Source: Spirochaetota bacterium (lineage in GTDB: Bacteria > Spirochaetota > UBA12135 > COTS27 > CBDBHE01). From it: a DNA stretch of 64,000 nucleotides. Location of the stretch: NCBI GenBank assembly GCA_965205605.1, contig CBDBHE010000006.1, positions 32,001 to 96,000 on the forward strand, in the 5' to 3' direction. The translations under genes were made by a program, and so were the position numbers. Each line of letters begins with the position of its first letter. Positions within the stretch are counted from its first letter, which is position 1. Of the stretch, positions 30,743-40,727 are shown piece by piece. The notes beneath the pieces were generated by a model that searched no databases, was not told the origin of the DNA, and saw only the letters and a program-made list of their open reading frames with translations.

Positions 30743-31675
30743 GTGGCTAAAGTAAAGAAACGATCAATGGATGATTTAAAAAAAATTTTCAATTGCTATT
30801 TAAGCTACTTAAAGATAGAAAGAAATTATTCTCTCAACACAGTTGAAGCTTATAAAAAAGATGTTTTGCGATTTACAACTTTTTTACCTAAAGAGTTTCA
30901 TTTGTATACTAGAGAAGATATTCGTTTTTATTTAAGAAATTTAAAAAAAAAAAAAAAATCTAATAGTTCGATTATTCGAAATATTTCAAGTCTTAAAAAT
31001 TTTTTTTCTTTTTTAACAAAATATTCTTTAATGAATTATAGTCCCATGACTGCTATGAGTCGTTATAAGAAAAAAAAAAACCTTCCTTGTTTTTTGTATC
31101 AAAATCAATTGGTGGATCTTTTGGACTCTTTTCCAAAGGAAACGTATCTAGATGAAAGAAATCGAATTATTTTTGAAGCCCTTTATGGTTTGGGAATAAG
31201 AATTTCAGAACTTTCTAAAATTGGAGAAGGAGATATTTGTTTTGAAACAAAGATGATTAAAATTAATGGGAAGGGAAGAAAAATACGTTTTTTACCTTTA
31301 ACCGAAAGGCTCTTTACAGTTTTTAAAAATTTTATTAAAATTAAAAATAAAGCTTTAGATAAAATTTTTAAATCTAATGAAAAATTATTTTTAAATCATA
31401 AAGGACAAACATTGTCGATTAGAGGGATTCGTTTTTTATTTTATAAAATGGTATTAAAACATTCGGCTTTTTTAAAGATTTCTCCTCATGCGCTTAGGCA
31501 TTCTTTGGCAACGCATCTTTTAGAAAACGATTGTGATATTAAAAAAGTACAAGAAATTTTAGGGCATAGCTCACTGAGCTCGACACAAGTGTACATGCAC
31601 CTCTCTAAAAGCCAATTGAAGAAAAAATATTTAACTCACCACCCTCTTTCTATAAAAAAAAAGGCAATGTTTTGA
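30743..31675 (+). CDS. xerC: Tyrosine recombinase XerC/XerD family
   Basis: [37 protein letters not shown]...TQVY; between dprA and hslV. Confidence 0.88.
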   Translation: MAKVKKRSMDDLKKIFNCYLSYLKIERNYSLNTVEAYKKDVLRFTTFLPKEFHLYTREDIRFYLRNLKKKKKSNSSIIRNISSLKNFFSFLTKYSLMNYSPMTAMSRYKKKKNLPCFLYQNQLVDLLDSFPKETYLDERNRIIFEALYGLGIRISELSKIGEGDICFETKMIKINGKGRKIRFLPLTERLFTVFKNFIKIKNKALDKIFKSNEKLFLNHKGQTLSIRGIRFLFYKMVLKHSAFLKISPHALRHSLATHLLENDCDIKKVQEILGHSSLSSTQVYMHLSKSQLKKKYLTHHPLSIKKKAMF

Positions 31676-32220
31676 AAAGAAACCAAAATACTTTTTATGG
31701 GACAACGATTGTTTGTGTAAGGAGGTCTAAGAAAGTTGCCATAGCGGGAGATGGACAAGTAACACTTGGTAATAGTGTGATTAAAGGTAATGCTAAAAAA
31801 ATTAGAAAACTTTATAATGGGACCGTCATTAGTGGTTTTGCTGGAGCAGTAGCGGATGCACTTAGCTTGTATGAGAGGGTAGAGAAGAAATTAGAATCTT
31901 TAAATGGAGATCTTTTGGCCGCTTGTGTAGAGCTTGCTAAAGATTGGAGGATGGATAAATACCTTAGAAAACTTGAAGCGATGATTATTTTAGCGGATAA
32001 AAGCAAAACCTTTCTTTTAAGTGGAAATGGAGAGATTTTTGAATCTGAAGATGGAGTGATTGCCATTGGTTCTGGGGGAGATTTTGCTCGTAGTGCCGCT
32101 CTTGCTTTGCTTGAAAACACCAAACTACAAGCCGATGAGATTGCAAATAAATCTATTCAAATTGCTTCTAAAATTTGTATTTATACCAATGATTTTCAAG
32201 TTTTGGAGACTCTTTTTTAA
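31672..32220 (+). CDS. hslV: ATP-dependent protease subunit HslV
   Basis: [23 protein letters not shown]. Confidence 0.97.
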   Translation: MKRNQNTFYGTTIVCVRRSKKVAIAGDGQVTLGNSVIKGNAKKIRKLYNGTVISGFAGAVADALSLYERVEKKLESLNGDLLAACVELAKDWRMDKYLRKLEAMIILADKSKTFLLSGNGEIFESEDGVIAIGSGGDFARSAALALLENTKLQADEIANKSIQIASKICIYTNDFQVLETLF

Positions 32221-33593
32221 TGCCTATGTTAGACAATTCTCAAGAAAGTTTATCTCCAAAAGAAATCGTTGAGGCTTTAGATCGTTACGTTGTTGGTCAA
32301 AAAAAAGCTAAAAAAGCAGTTGCCATTGCTCTTCGTAATCGGATCCGAAGAAAAAAAGTCCCTAAAGAATTAAGAGATGAAATTTTGCCTAAAAATATTA
32401 TGATGATTGGTTCAACAGGAGTTGGGAAAACTGAAATCGCCAGAAGACTCGCTTATTTAGATGAAGCTCCTTTTATTAAAGTAGAAGCAACTAAATTTAC
32501 AGAAGTCGGCTATGTTGGTCGAGATGTTGATTCTATTATTCGAGATCTTGTTAATATTGCTATTAACAAAGAAAAAGAAGCTCTTAAAAAAAAAGTTGAA
32601 AAAGAAGCTGAAAAAACAACTGAAGAAATCCTTTTAGATTTACTCATCACTCCTCCTAAAGGAAAATCTGTCGTTAGTTCGCTATCACAAGAAGATGCTG
32701 CTTCTTCTTATGAAAAGACACGAAGTAAAATAAGACAAATGCTCCGAGATGGAGTCTTTGAAAATAAAATCATAGAAATTGAAATTAATCAAAATTTAAG
32801 TAATCGAAAAATGATGGAATTTTCCTCTGAACAAGGATTTGAACAAATTGATTCTTTGCTTCAAAATTTAATGCAACAATTTAAAACCAAAAAAAATAAG
32901 AGAAAATTAAAAGTTAAGCAAGCAAGAAAAATTATTAAAGAACAAGCAGTTGAAAAATTAATTGATATGGATAAAATAATTGAAATAGCGATTTTAAAAA
33001 CCGAACAAAATGGGATTGTTTTCTTAGATGAAATCGATAAAATTGTTAGTGGTACACAAGCTCAATCAGCACAAGTTTCAAGAGAAGGGGTTCAAAGAGA
33101 TTTGTTGCCTTTGATAGAAGGTTCTTCTGTTAATACGCGCTATGGTATTATTAAAACAGATCATATTTTATTTATTGCTGCAGGGGCTTTTCATGTCAGT
33201 TCACCATCAGACATGATCCCAGAGTTACAGGGTCGTTTCCCCATACGTGTAGAGCTAAATCCCCTTTCTGTTAAAGATTTAGAAAAAATTTTATCAAGTC
33301 CTAAAAATGCTTTGATCAAACAATACCAAGCCCTTCTTAAAACGGAAGGCATTCATCTTGAATTTTCTTCTGAAGCAATAAAAAAAATTGCAACGATTGC
33401 TGCTGATGTTAATCAATCTTCTCCCAATATAGGTGCTAGACGTTTAACCACAATAATGGAAAAATTATTAGAAGATATTTTGTTTTCAGCTCCTGATATT
33501 GAAAATAAAAAAATCTCTATTGACCTCACTTATGTTAAAAAATACATGGACCCTTTAATCGAGAGTAAAGATTTAACAAAGTATATTTTGTGA
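32220..33593 (+). CDS. hslU: ATP-dependent protease ATPase HslU
   Basis: GVGKTEIARR, GYVGRD, DEIDK, GVQRDLLP, ELQGRFPIR, NIGARRL. Confidence 0.98.
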   Translation: MPMLDNSQESLSPKEIVEALDRYVVGQKKAKKAVAIALRNRIRRKKVPKELRDEILPKNIMMIGSTGVGKTEIARRLAYLDEAPFIKVEATKFTEVGYVGRDVDSIIRDLVNIAINKEKEALKKKVEKEAEKTTEEILLDLLITPPKGKSVVSSLSQEDAASSYEKTRSKIRQMLRDGVFENKIIEIEINQNLSNRKMMEFSSEQGFEQIDSLLQNLMQQFKTKKNKRKLKVKQARKIIKEQAVEKLIDMDKIIEIAILKTEQNGIVFLDEIDKIVSGTQAQSAQVSREGVQRDLLPLIEGSSVNTRYGIIKTDHILFIAAGAFHVSSPSDMIPELQGRFPIRVELNPLSVKDLEKILSSPKNALIKQYQALLKTEGIHLEFSSEAIKKIATIAADVNQSSPNIGARRLTTIMEKLLEDILFSAPDIENKKISIDLTYVKKYMDPLIESKDLTKYIL

Positions 33594-34480
33594 AACAATT
33601 TTGGAGTCATTTTTATTCTAGAGAAATTGTAGCTACTACATCATCAATTATCATTCATTTATTTGTGATTGCTTTATTTTCCATTAACTCGGACTTGAAT
33701 CGTTTTTTTTTCAAATCAAAAAAAACCAACCAATTTAATAATATTTTAATTGATTTATCAGACTTAAAAGAAACACAAGAAATCATCGATAACAAAGTTC
33801 CTTTTATTTCTCAAAAAAATAGAGCTTTAAAAGGAAAGCTCACTGAAAAAAAAGGAATCCATATCCTCTCTCCAAAATCTCTTCCTCAAAACCCTACTAA
33901 GTATCAAGCACCTTCTCTTTCTGTTGTTATTTTAGAAGATAACGATAACGGAAAAGAGGAGAAAAAAAAAAATTTTTTGCAAAAAAAAAAAAATGTTCAA
34001 AATCCTAATAAGAAACAAAATCAACAAATCTTAAAACAACTTGTTACTGAAAATATTTCTGATTATCGTTTTAATTTTAATTTAGAACAACCCATTCAAA
34101 TTGGGAGTCGAAAAGATAAAAATGCAGAGTTTTATTTAGAGTTTTCAAAAATTATTAAAAAACAATTTATTACTTATATTCAAAGTAGTTTGAGACAAAA
34201 CTTATCTTATGTAAATGCAGATAAAGTCTCTTCTGTTGGTAAAATTTTTAAAGATGGCAGTATTGTTTTTGTGAAGGTAAAAAAAATTAGTAAAAAGCAA
34301 CCTTATTTTAATTACTTAGCTGAGAGAGTCATTAATAAACCAGGTAAAATCAGTAAAGTCCCAAAAAGTATTTTAGGGCGAAAAAAAACCTTTGCTTTTT
34401 TTGAACTCAGTATTATTTTTACAGGACCTCCAGGAAATCAGTGGTGGTGTGGGTATCAGTTTTACCCTAGTGAAGAATAA
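33590..34480 (+). CDS. Putative TonB/TolA-like energy transducer (divergent)
   Basis: N-terminal TM segment with SxxxH (SIIIH), low-complexity Lys/Gln linker, C-terminal KDGSIVFVKVKKIS...FNYLAERVI...KVP resembling a TonB_C/TolA domain. Confidence 0.55.
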   Translation: MKQFWSHFYSREIVATTSSIIIHLFVIALFSINSDLNRFFFKSKKTNQFNNILIDLSDLKETQEIIDNKVPFISQKNRALKGKLTEKKGIHILSPKSLPQNPTKYQAPSLSVVILEDNDNGKEEKKKNFLQKKKNVQNPNKKQNQQILKQLVTENISDYRFNFNLEQPIQIGSRKDKNAEFYLEFSKIIKKQFITYIQSSLRQNLSYVNADKVSSVGKIFKDGSIVFVKVKKISKKQPYFNYLAERVINKPGKISKVPKSILGRKKTFAFFELSIIFTGPPGNQWWCGYQFYPSEE

Positions 34481-34491
34481 AAATCCTTATT

Positions 34492-34998
34492 ATGATAAGA
34501 CCACTTGTATTTCTTGGAAACCCTCTTTTAAAAAAAAAAAGTGAGACGATCAAAATCTTTGATAAAGAATTAGAAACTTTAGTAGGAGATATGTTTGATA
34601 CGATGTATGCTTTTCATGGCATTGGGCTTGCGGCTGTTCAAGTAGGTATTTTGAAAAGAGTTTTTGTCATAGATATCCCAAACATTACTCCAGAACCAAT
34701 GGTTTGTATCAACCCAATCATACGTACTTTTTCCAAAGATCAGAAAAAAAAAGAAGAAGGCTGTCTTTCAATCCCTGATTTTAAGTACCCAGTCACTCGT
34801 TCCCATTCTGTTGTTTTTGAATATCAAACGTTTGAACAAGAAAAAAAAGAGATGCTTGTTGAAGAAGTTTTTGCTATTTGTGTCCAACATGAGTTTGATC
34901 ACTTAGAAGGAATCTTATTTTTAGATCGCCTTAAAAAACGAAGCAAAAAAAAAATAAACCTTCTTTTACAAGAAAAAGGGCTGCCTTCTTATTTTTAA
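34492..34998 (+). CDS. def: Peptide deformylase
   Basis: GIGLAAVQ, EGCLS, QHEFDHLEG. Confidence 0.97.
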   Translation: MIRPLVFLGNPLLKKKSETIKIFDKELETLVGDMFDTMYAFHGIGLAAVQVGILKRVFVIDIPNITPEPMVCINPIIRTFSKDQKKKEEGCLSIPDFKYPVTRSHSVVFEYQTFEQEKKEMLVEEVFAICVQHEFDHLEGILFLDRLKKRSKKKINLLLQEKGLPSYF

Positions 34999-35007
34999 AA
35001 AAAAAAG

Positions 35008-37731
35008 TTATCTACTCAAGTAGTCTTCACAAGTGATGTTGACATCTAATATTTTTTCAAAAGGTTTCACATCAATCATACATTTAGAAATTTTTTTAAT
35101 TGTTTCTTTTAAAATTTCTTCTTTAATATAAAAAACAAGTTCATCGTGAATTTGCATAATCATTTTTGCTTTAATTTGTCCTCGTTGTACTTGTTGATCG
35201 ATTTCAATCATACTCAGTTTAATAATATCAGCAGCTGTTCCTTGAATGACATTATTAAACGCAATTCTTTCAGCTCGACTTCTGATATGAAACTGACTAG
35301 CGTTAATGTCAAGTACCGGTCGCTGTCTTCCATAATAAGTTTTGACAAATCGTGTCTTTCGTGTTTGTTCAATAATTGATTTGATGTATTGGGTCACTTG
35401 TTTATAATGTTCAAAGTAAAGATTAATAAAATGTTGGGCTTCTTTTGGGCCAATGCCCAAGTCTTCAGAAAGTGCATAAGCAGAAATCCCGTAAATAACC
35501 GAGAAGTTGATTGTTTTTGCGATGCGTCGCTGGTCTTCATTAATCATTTCAGTGGCTGTTTTAAATAGCAAGGAGGCCGTTTCAAGGTGAATGTCTTGAT
35601 TATTTTCATATGCTTTTAATAAAATAGTATCTTTAGAAAGTTGTGCTAAAATACGCAATTCTACTTGAGAATAATCAATAGAAACAACTTTATAACCTTT
35701 TGGGGCAATGAAAGCTTTTCGAATGCTTCTGCCTTCTTTTGCTTTAATAGGAATGTTTTGTAAATTAGGGTTATGAGAGCTTAGCCGACCTGTTGCGGCA
35801 ATAATTTGACTGTAGCTTGTATGAATCTTATCGGTATGTGGATTGATCATTTTTGGAAGGGCATTGATATATGTATTTAAAAGTTTTGAAAATTTTCTAT
35901 GCTTGAGCAAAAAATCAGCGATGAGGTGTTTGTAAGAGAGTTTTTTTAAAACATCGGTATCCGTAGAATAGCCTGTTTTTGTTTTTTTAATGGGTTTGAT
36001 GGCGAGTTTTTCAAATAAGATTTTTTGAACTTGTTTGGTAGAACTAATATTAAATTCTTCCTCTGCCAAATCATAAATTTTTTTTTCAATTTCCTTTAAT
36101 TCTAAACTCATCTTCTTAGATACTTTTTTTAAATATAAGCTGTCAATCAAAACCCCTTCTAGCTCCATATGAGCTAAAACTGTAATGAGAGGAATATCAA
36201 TCAAATAATAAGGTTTTGTTATTTCTTTATTGAGGGTTTTTTCTTGTGCTTGATAAAGTAAAAACGTATATTCACCATCTTCAAAAGTATATGTTTCCAA
36301 GTTTTTTTCAGGGATGTCCCAAATGGATTCATGCCCTTTTTCAAGATCTTGATAATTTTTTTTTTCTATACCAAAGTATTGCCTGATAAGATTTTCTAAA
36401 TTGTAATGACTTTTAACTGGGTTAAGAATGTATTCTCTTAACATGGTATCTTCTGCAAGGCCTTTTAAAGCGATGTTTTGTTCTTTTAAAATGGAATATT
36501 CATATTTTAGGTTATGTCCTATTTTTTTGATGGTTTCATCTTCCATTAAATCTTTAAAAGGTTGTAAAAAAATTGGTAAGTGATTTTGTGTTTTGGTTTG
36601 AAAAGCAAGATAAAAAGATAGGTGACTAGGGAGGACAAAAACAACAGAAATCAATTTTGCTTCAAACGAATCTAAAGAAGTTGTTTCAAGATCAAAAATA
36701 ATTAATTTTTCTTTTTTAGCTAATGTTAAAAAAGAATCGAAATCTTCTTTAGTCTTTATTAAAGATCGTTTAAAGGTAGGGGTTTGAATGGCTGTTTTTG
36801 TTGTTTTTGGAGGGTTTTTAGTCAGCTCTAAAAGAGTACCACTAAAATCAGTGTTTTCTTTTGGAAACTGATAAAGTTTTAAAAGATTGAAGCATTCTTT
36901 ATCGGTTAATTTTTTATTGATTTCTTTAAGATTTATCTTTTGAAGATTTAAACTTACTAGAGGAGGGATAGAATCAATATTTTTTTCAATAACAACCAAT
37001 TTTTTAGATAAAAAAGCATTTTCTTTATTTACAAAAAGTTTTTTTTGTATTGATTTGTTTTCAATTGCTTCTAAATTGGCATAGATTTGTTCAAGAGACT
37101 TATAGTCTTCAATCAGCTTACTGGCTGACTTGGGCCCAATTCCTTGCACTCCCGGGATATTGTCAGATCGATCTCCTGTCAAAGCTAAATAATCAATCAT
37201 ATTTTCTGGAAAAACTAAAAATTTATCCTTGACACTTTGAGCATCTTTTGTAACAAGTTCATTAGTTTTTTGATCAAAAGCAATTAATTGAGTAGTTTGA
37301 TTAATTAGCTGGGCCAAATCTTTATCAGTAGAGAAAATAGATGTTTCTATTTTTTCATTCACCGCTTCTGTGGCATAAGTCCCTATAATGTCATCAGCTT
37401 CAAATCCTTTAGCAGCAATGCAAGGAATGCCCATGGCTTTTAAAACTTCGACTAAAAATCCAATTTGGATTTTTAAAGCATCAGGCATTGGAGGTCTTTG
37501 GGCTTTATAATTTTTATCAAGATCATGGCGAAATGTTTTCCCTTTTGAATCTAATGCAACAATCACTAAATCATAATGAGTGATAGAAAGTAATTTATAA
37601 AAAGTATTTAAAAATCCATAAATAACAGATGTTTCTTCCCCTTTTTGGTTTTTGAGTGGGTTTTTAATAAAAGCAAAATAAGACTTATAAAAAGCCCCAT
37701 ACCCATCGATTAATAATAATTTACGCATCAT
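35008..37731 (-). CDS. polA: DNA polymerase I
   Basis: 5'-3' exonuclease (EADD, GDRSDNIPG), 3'-5' exonuclease (DLETT), polymerase motifs DYSQVELR, KTINF..YG, HDEL. Confidence 0.97.
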   Translation of the reverse strand: MMRKLLLIDGYGAFYKSYFAFIKNPLKNQKGEETSVIYGFLNTFYKLLSITHYDLVIVALDSKGKTFRHDLDKNYKAQRPPMPDALKIQIGFLVEVLKAMGIPCIAAKGFEADDIIGTYATEAVNEKIETSIFSTDKDLAQLINQTTQLIAFDQKTNELVTKDAQSVKDKFLVFPENMIDYLALTGDRSDNIPGVQGIGPKSASKLIEDYKSLEQIYANLEAIENKSIQKKLFVNKENAFLSKKLVVIEKNIDSIPPLVSLNLQKINLKEINKKLTDKECFNLLKLYQFPKENTDFSGTLLELTKNPPKTTKTAIQTPTFKRSLIKTKEDFDSFLTLAKKEKLIIFDLETTSLDSFEAKLISVVFVLPSHLSFYLAFQTKTQNHLPIFLQPFKDLMEDETIKKIGHNLKYEYSILKEQNIALKGLAEDTMLREYILNPVKSHYNLENLIRQYFGIEKKNYQDLEKGHESIWDIPEKNLETYTFEDGEYTFLLYQAQEKTLNKEITKPYYLIDIPLITVLAHMELEGVLIDSLYLKKVSKKMSLELKEIEKKIYDLAEEEFNISSTKQVQKILFEKLAIKPIKKTKTGYSTDTDVLKKLSYKHLIADFLLKHRKFSKLLNTYINALPKMINPHTDKIHTSYSQIIAATGRLSSHNPNLQNIPIKAKEGRSIRKAFIAPKGYKVVSIDYSQVELRILAQLSKDTILLKAYENNQDIHLETASLLFKTATEMINEDQRRIAKTINFSVIYGISAYALSEDLGIGPKEAQHFINLYFEHYKQVTQYIKSIIEQTRKTRFVKTYYGRQRPVLDINASQFHIRSRAERIAFNNVIQGTAADIIKLSMIEIDQQVQRGQIKAKMIMQIHDELVFYIKEEILKETIKKISKCMIDVKPFEKILDVNITCEDYLSR

Positions 37732-37836
37732 TTTTTTTATAGTATTGTTGTTTGGAGAGAAAAATATTACTAGTTTTTTATGAATGAAAAGATTGTTTTT
37801 TTTCTAAGCGTATCGCCCAGAAAAGAAAAAATTTAA

Positions 37837-38892
37837 TTAGATAATCATTAAAAATAAAATAACAATGCCAATAAAAATAGAAAAATACAAAATCATTTTA
37901 CCAAGATCATTTTCTTCTTTTGTGTTTTTTTTCTCTTCAGATTTTTCTGAGTTCATTTTCAATTTCACTTGTTCACTTTCTGAAATTTTGCCATATAAAG
38001 AGTCTTTAATTTGAACTAAAAGAAGATACGCTTGATCTTGTATTTTGATTTCTATTACGGTTGCTAAAATAGAAAGAGTATTCCCTTCTTTCCCTTTAAG
38101 TTTTAACATTGCATTATATTTTTGTCCTTTGGCATCGTTAAAAATTTTAACCATAATTTCATCTCCTACTTTAATATCAAAAATAGGCTTCCCTGTAATC
38201 GGAGCTAAGACAGGATAACATTCTAATAAAGTACTATTTTGGGGAAGATTAGAAAAATCCTTATGAGGCTTAATAGACGTAGTAGAGATTTTATTTTTTT
38301 TTTGATTTTCTGTTGGTTCTTCTTCTTCTTTCTTGTTTTCTTCCTTGTTAAAGTATTCATCAACATCACTTTCTTTAACGGTTTCTAAGTGTAGTTTAAT
38401 AACAATATTTCGGTCAAAGAGAATACTTAATAAAATTGATTTAACCAGTTCAGTGATTTTTTCTTTTTTTCCTTTTAAGATTAGATTTTTAATTTCTAAA
38501 ATTTCACTTGTTTCAAACCCACTTTTTGAAGCTATTAAAATTTTTTTTTCTAGCTGTTGTTGTTGAGTAGATGATTTTTGAGCTTCATTTTTGACGTAAT
38601 TTATAAAATTAGACCAAGAATCTTCTAAATAAGTGTTTGTTAAAATAGAGGAATATGGAGAAGTGGCAACTTGTTGATATTGAGCTCCATGTGTTTTAGA
38701 ATTGAGCAAAACATAAGCAACCCCATAAGCATTTGCTTCATCAGATGCGAAACTATATTTTAAAATGATAAGATAATTATCTTCTTTTTCTTGGTTTGGG
38801 TTTAGTAATGAATCATTTTCTAAATTTTCATCGTTAGGTTGTGAATTAATTTTAAGATTGGATGGTTCGTCGGCTTGGTTTGGAGTATCCAT
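37837..38892 (-). CDS. Hypothetical tail-anchored membrane protein (possibly DUF4899-like)
   Basis: 351-aa ORF with no signal peptide, a PVLAPITGKPIFDIKVGDEIMVKI segment and a single C-terminal TM segment. Confidence 0.6.
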   Translation of the reverse strand: MDTPNQADEPSNLKINSQPNDENLENDSLLNPNQEKEDNYLIILKYSFASDEANAYGVAYVLLNSKTHGAQYQQVATSPYSSILTNTYLEDSWSNFINYVKNEAQKSSTQQQQLEKKILIASKSGFETSEILEIKNLILKGKKEKITELVKSILLSILFDRNIVIKLHLETVKESDVDEYFNKEENKKEEEEPTENQKKNKISTTSIKPHKDFSNLPQNSTLLECYPVLAPITGKPIFDIKVGDEIMVKIFNDAKGQKYNAMLKLKGKEGNTLSILATVIEIKIQDQAYLLLVQIKDSLYGKISESEQVKLKMNSEKSEEKKNTKEENDLGKMILYFSIFIGIVILFLMII

Positions 38893-39045
38893 TGGTATCT
38901 TTATAATATCATTGATTGAGTTTAACTTTTTGATTGCTTAATTAAAATTCGGACTTTAGAGCTTAAAATTTTAATAAATTTCAATTTTATACAAATGAAA
39001 TTTAAAAAATATGAATAAAGAAAAGAAATTAAATAAAATAAAAAC

Positions 39046-39118
<73 letters not shown>

Positions 39119-39187
39119 AAATGAAAAACATTGTTATACTATTATGGTTTACTTCTAAAAGCAAGAGACTACTTTCTCTTTTATCTA

Positions 39188-39196
39188 TGCTATAAT
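39188..39196 (+). promoter_or_regulatory. Extended -10 promoter for lepB and the spiro-SPASM gene
   Basis: Perfect TGCTATAAT overlapping the first ATG, suggesting the true start is ATG 39222. Confidence 0.55.
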
Positions 39197-39221
39197 GGCT
39201 TTTAAAATTTTCTTATTACCA

Positions 39222-40697
39222 ATGAATACAAAAAAAAAGTGGATTGATAAACTTTATGATTATTCTATCGATCACTTCGTTAATTGGAAGAAACACTTAA
39301 AAGAATATCTATGGGCAATTGCGATTGTCCTTATGATTCGTTCAACTCTGATCACTATTTATAGGATCCCTACCGGATCGATGATCCCTACTTTTAAAAT
39401 AGGCGATATCTTAGTGGCTAATCATTTTTATTATGGTTTGAAAATCCCCTTTACTTATGGTTTAAAAAACTTTCGTTTAAAGCCTATTAAGAAACCAGAC
39501 AGAGGAGACATTGTTATTTTTAGAGGGCCCAGAGAAGAATTCTTTTATATTATTAACCTTTTGGTTTTTAACAAAGAAGGAAAAGCATTTTTAAACCAAC
39601 TCAATCATTTGTCTTCTTTTAAACGACCGATTTCGATACAAGGAACACAAACAAATTATATTTTTCTTCCCAACCCTTCTTTAGGCAAAGAAAATACCAT
39701 CATTACTTTACATCATTCTGTTTATAAAAAATTTTTAAAAGGTTTAAAAAAACCCTTAAAAGAGCCTTATCTTTCACTTAGAATCCAAATCTTAAATAAA
39801 AAAGGTAGAAAAATTATTGAGCAAATTCAAAAAAATACAACTTCTGAAAAAAATATCTTCTTTTATCCTTTAGATAAAAATGCAAGCTTCATTACTTTAA
39901 ATTTACCTAAAAGTGAATATTTAGATAAAAAAATACTTTTAGAACAAAATGAAGCTTCTTTAAAAGTGATGAGCACTAAAATAGAAAAAAAATTATTTAT
40001 CATTCAGGGCATTGAAAAACAAAAAAAATATATCACTTATCATACTAATCGTTATCGTGGATTTGTAAGCTCATTAATCAATACCCCTATGGCTGGATTA
40101 TCGATTGCTTCAACGATTCTCATTAATTCTCCATTTTTTATGATTTATAAAATAATTTATAACCATTTTTCCAACCGTTTTATATTTGATTTTATTTCTT
40201 TTTATCCTAATAAATACATCGATACGACTAAAGATTATGTTAAACGAGTTGTTGCTAAAGAGGGGGATATCGTTGAAATTTTTGATAAAAAACTTTTTGT
40301 TAATGGAAAGCAGTATCTTTCCAATCTGCAAAATAGCCATATTGATTCAACTGATAATACGTTTATGCTTTTTGAAGAGAAAGTCTCTTTTGACCATACT
40401 AAAAATAAGATTTACCCCGTTCGTTATAATAAGTTTATCGATTCTAAAAAACCAAAAGTAAAATTCGATGCTTCTATTTGGCCTTTAGATCCTAATAATA
40501 GTTGGTATTTTAATGGAGATAGTTATCGAGATCATTTTGGTCCCATTGTTGTGCCTTTAAATCATTATTTTGTTTTAGGGGATAATCGAGATGAATCTTT
40601 TGACTCCCGTTATTGGGGGTTTGTGCCTTATTATGCGATTAAAGGAATCCCAATGGTCAAGCTATTTCCTTTTAATCGATTTGGGATGATTAAATAA
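39222..40697 (+). CDS. lepB: Signal peptidase I with a large internal insertion
   Basis: IPTGSMIPT (catalytic Ser), RGDIVIF, DYVKRVV (catalytic Lys), GDNRDESFDSRYWGFVP. ORF is open from 39195. Confidence 0.92.
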   Translation: MNTKKKWIDKLYDYSIDHFVNWKKHLKEYLWAIAIVLMIRSTLITIYRIPTGSMIPTFKIGDILVANHFYYGLKIPFTYGLKNFRLKPIKKPDRGDIVIFRGPREEFFYIINLLVFNKEGKAFLNQLNHLSSFKRPISIQGTQTNYIFLPNPSLGKENTIITLHHSVYKKFLKGLKKPLKEPYLSLRIQILNKKGRKIIEQIQKNTTSEKNIFFYPLDKNASFITLNLPKSEYLDKKILLEQNEASLKVMSTKIEKKLFIIQGIEKQKKYITYHTNRYRGFVSSLINTPMAGLSIASTILINSPFFMIYKIIYNHFSNRFIFDFISFYPNKYIDTTKDYVKRVVAKEGDIVEIFDKKLFVNGKQYLSNLQNSHIDSTDNTFMLFEEKVSFDHTKNKIYPVRYNKFIDSKKPKVKFDASIWPLDPNNSWYFNGDSYRDHFGPIVVPLNHYFVLGDNRDESFDSRYWGFVPYYAIKGIPMVKLFPFNRFGMIK

Positions 40698-40727
40698 TAA
40701 TTGTTCTTGTTTTTTTAGTAGGTTAAT

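Noticed and set aside
30743-31675. Tyrosine recombinase as a phage or island integrase
   Set aside because: Size, motifs and dprA-xerC-hslVU context indicate the housekeeping Xer recombinase; no att repeats or phage genes seen.
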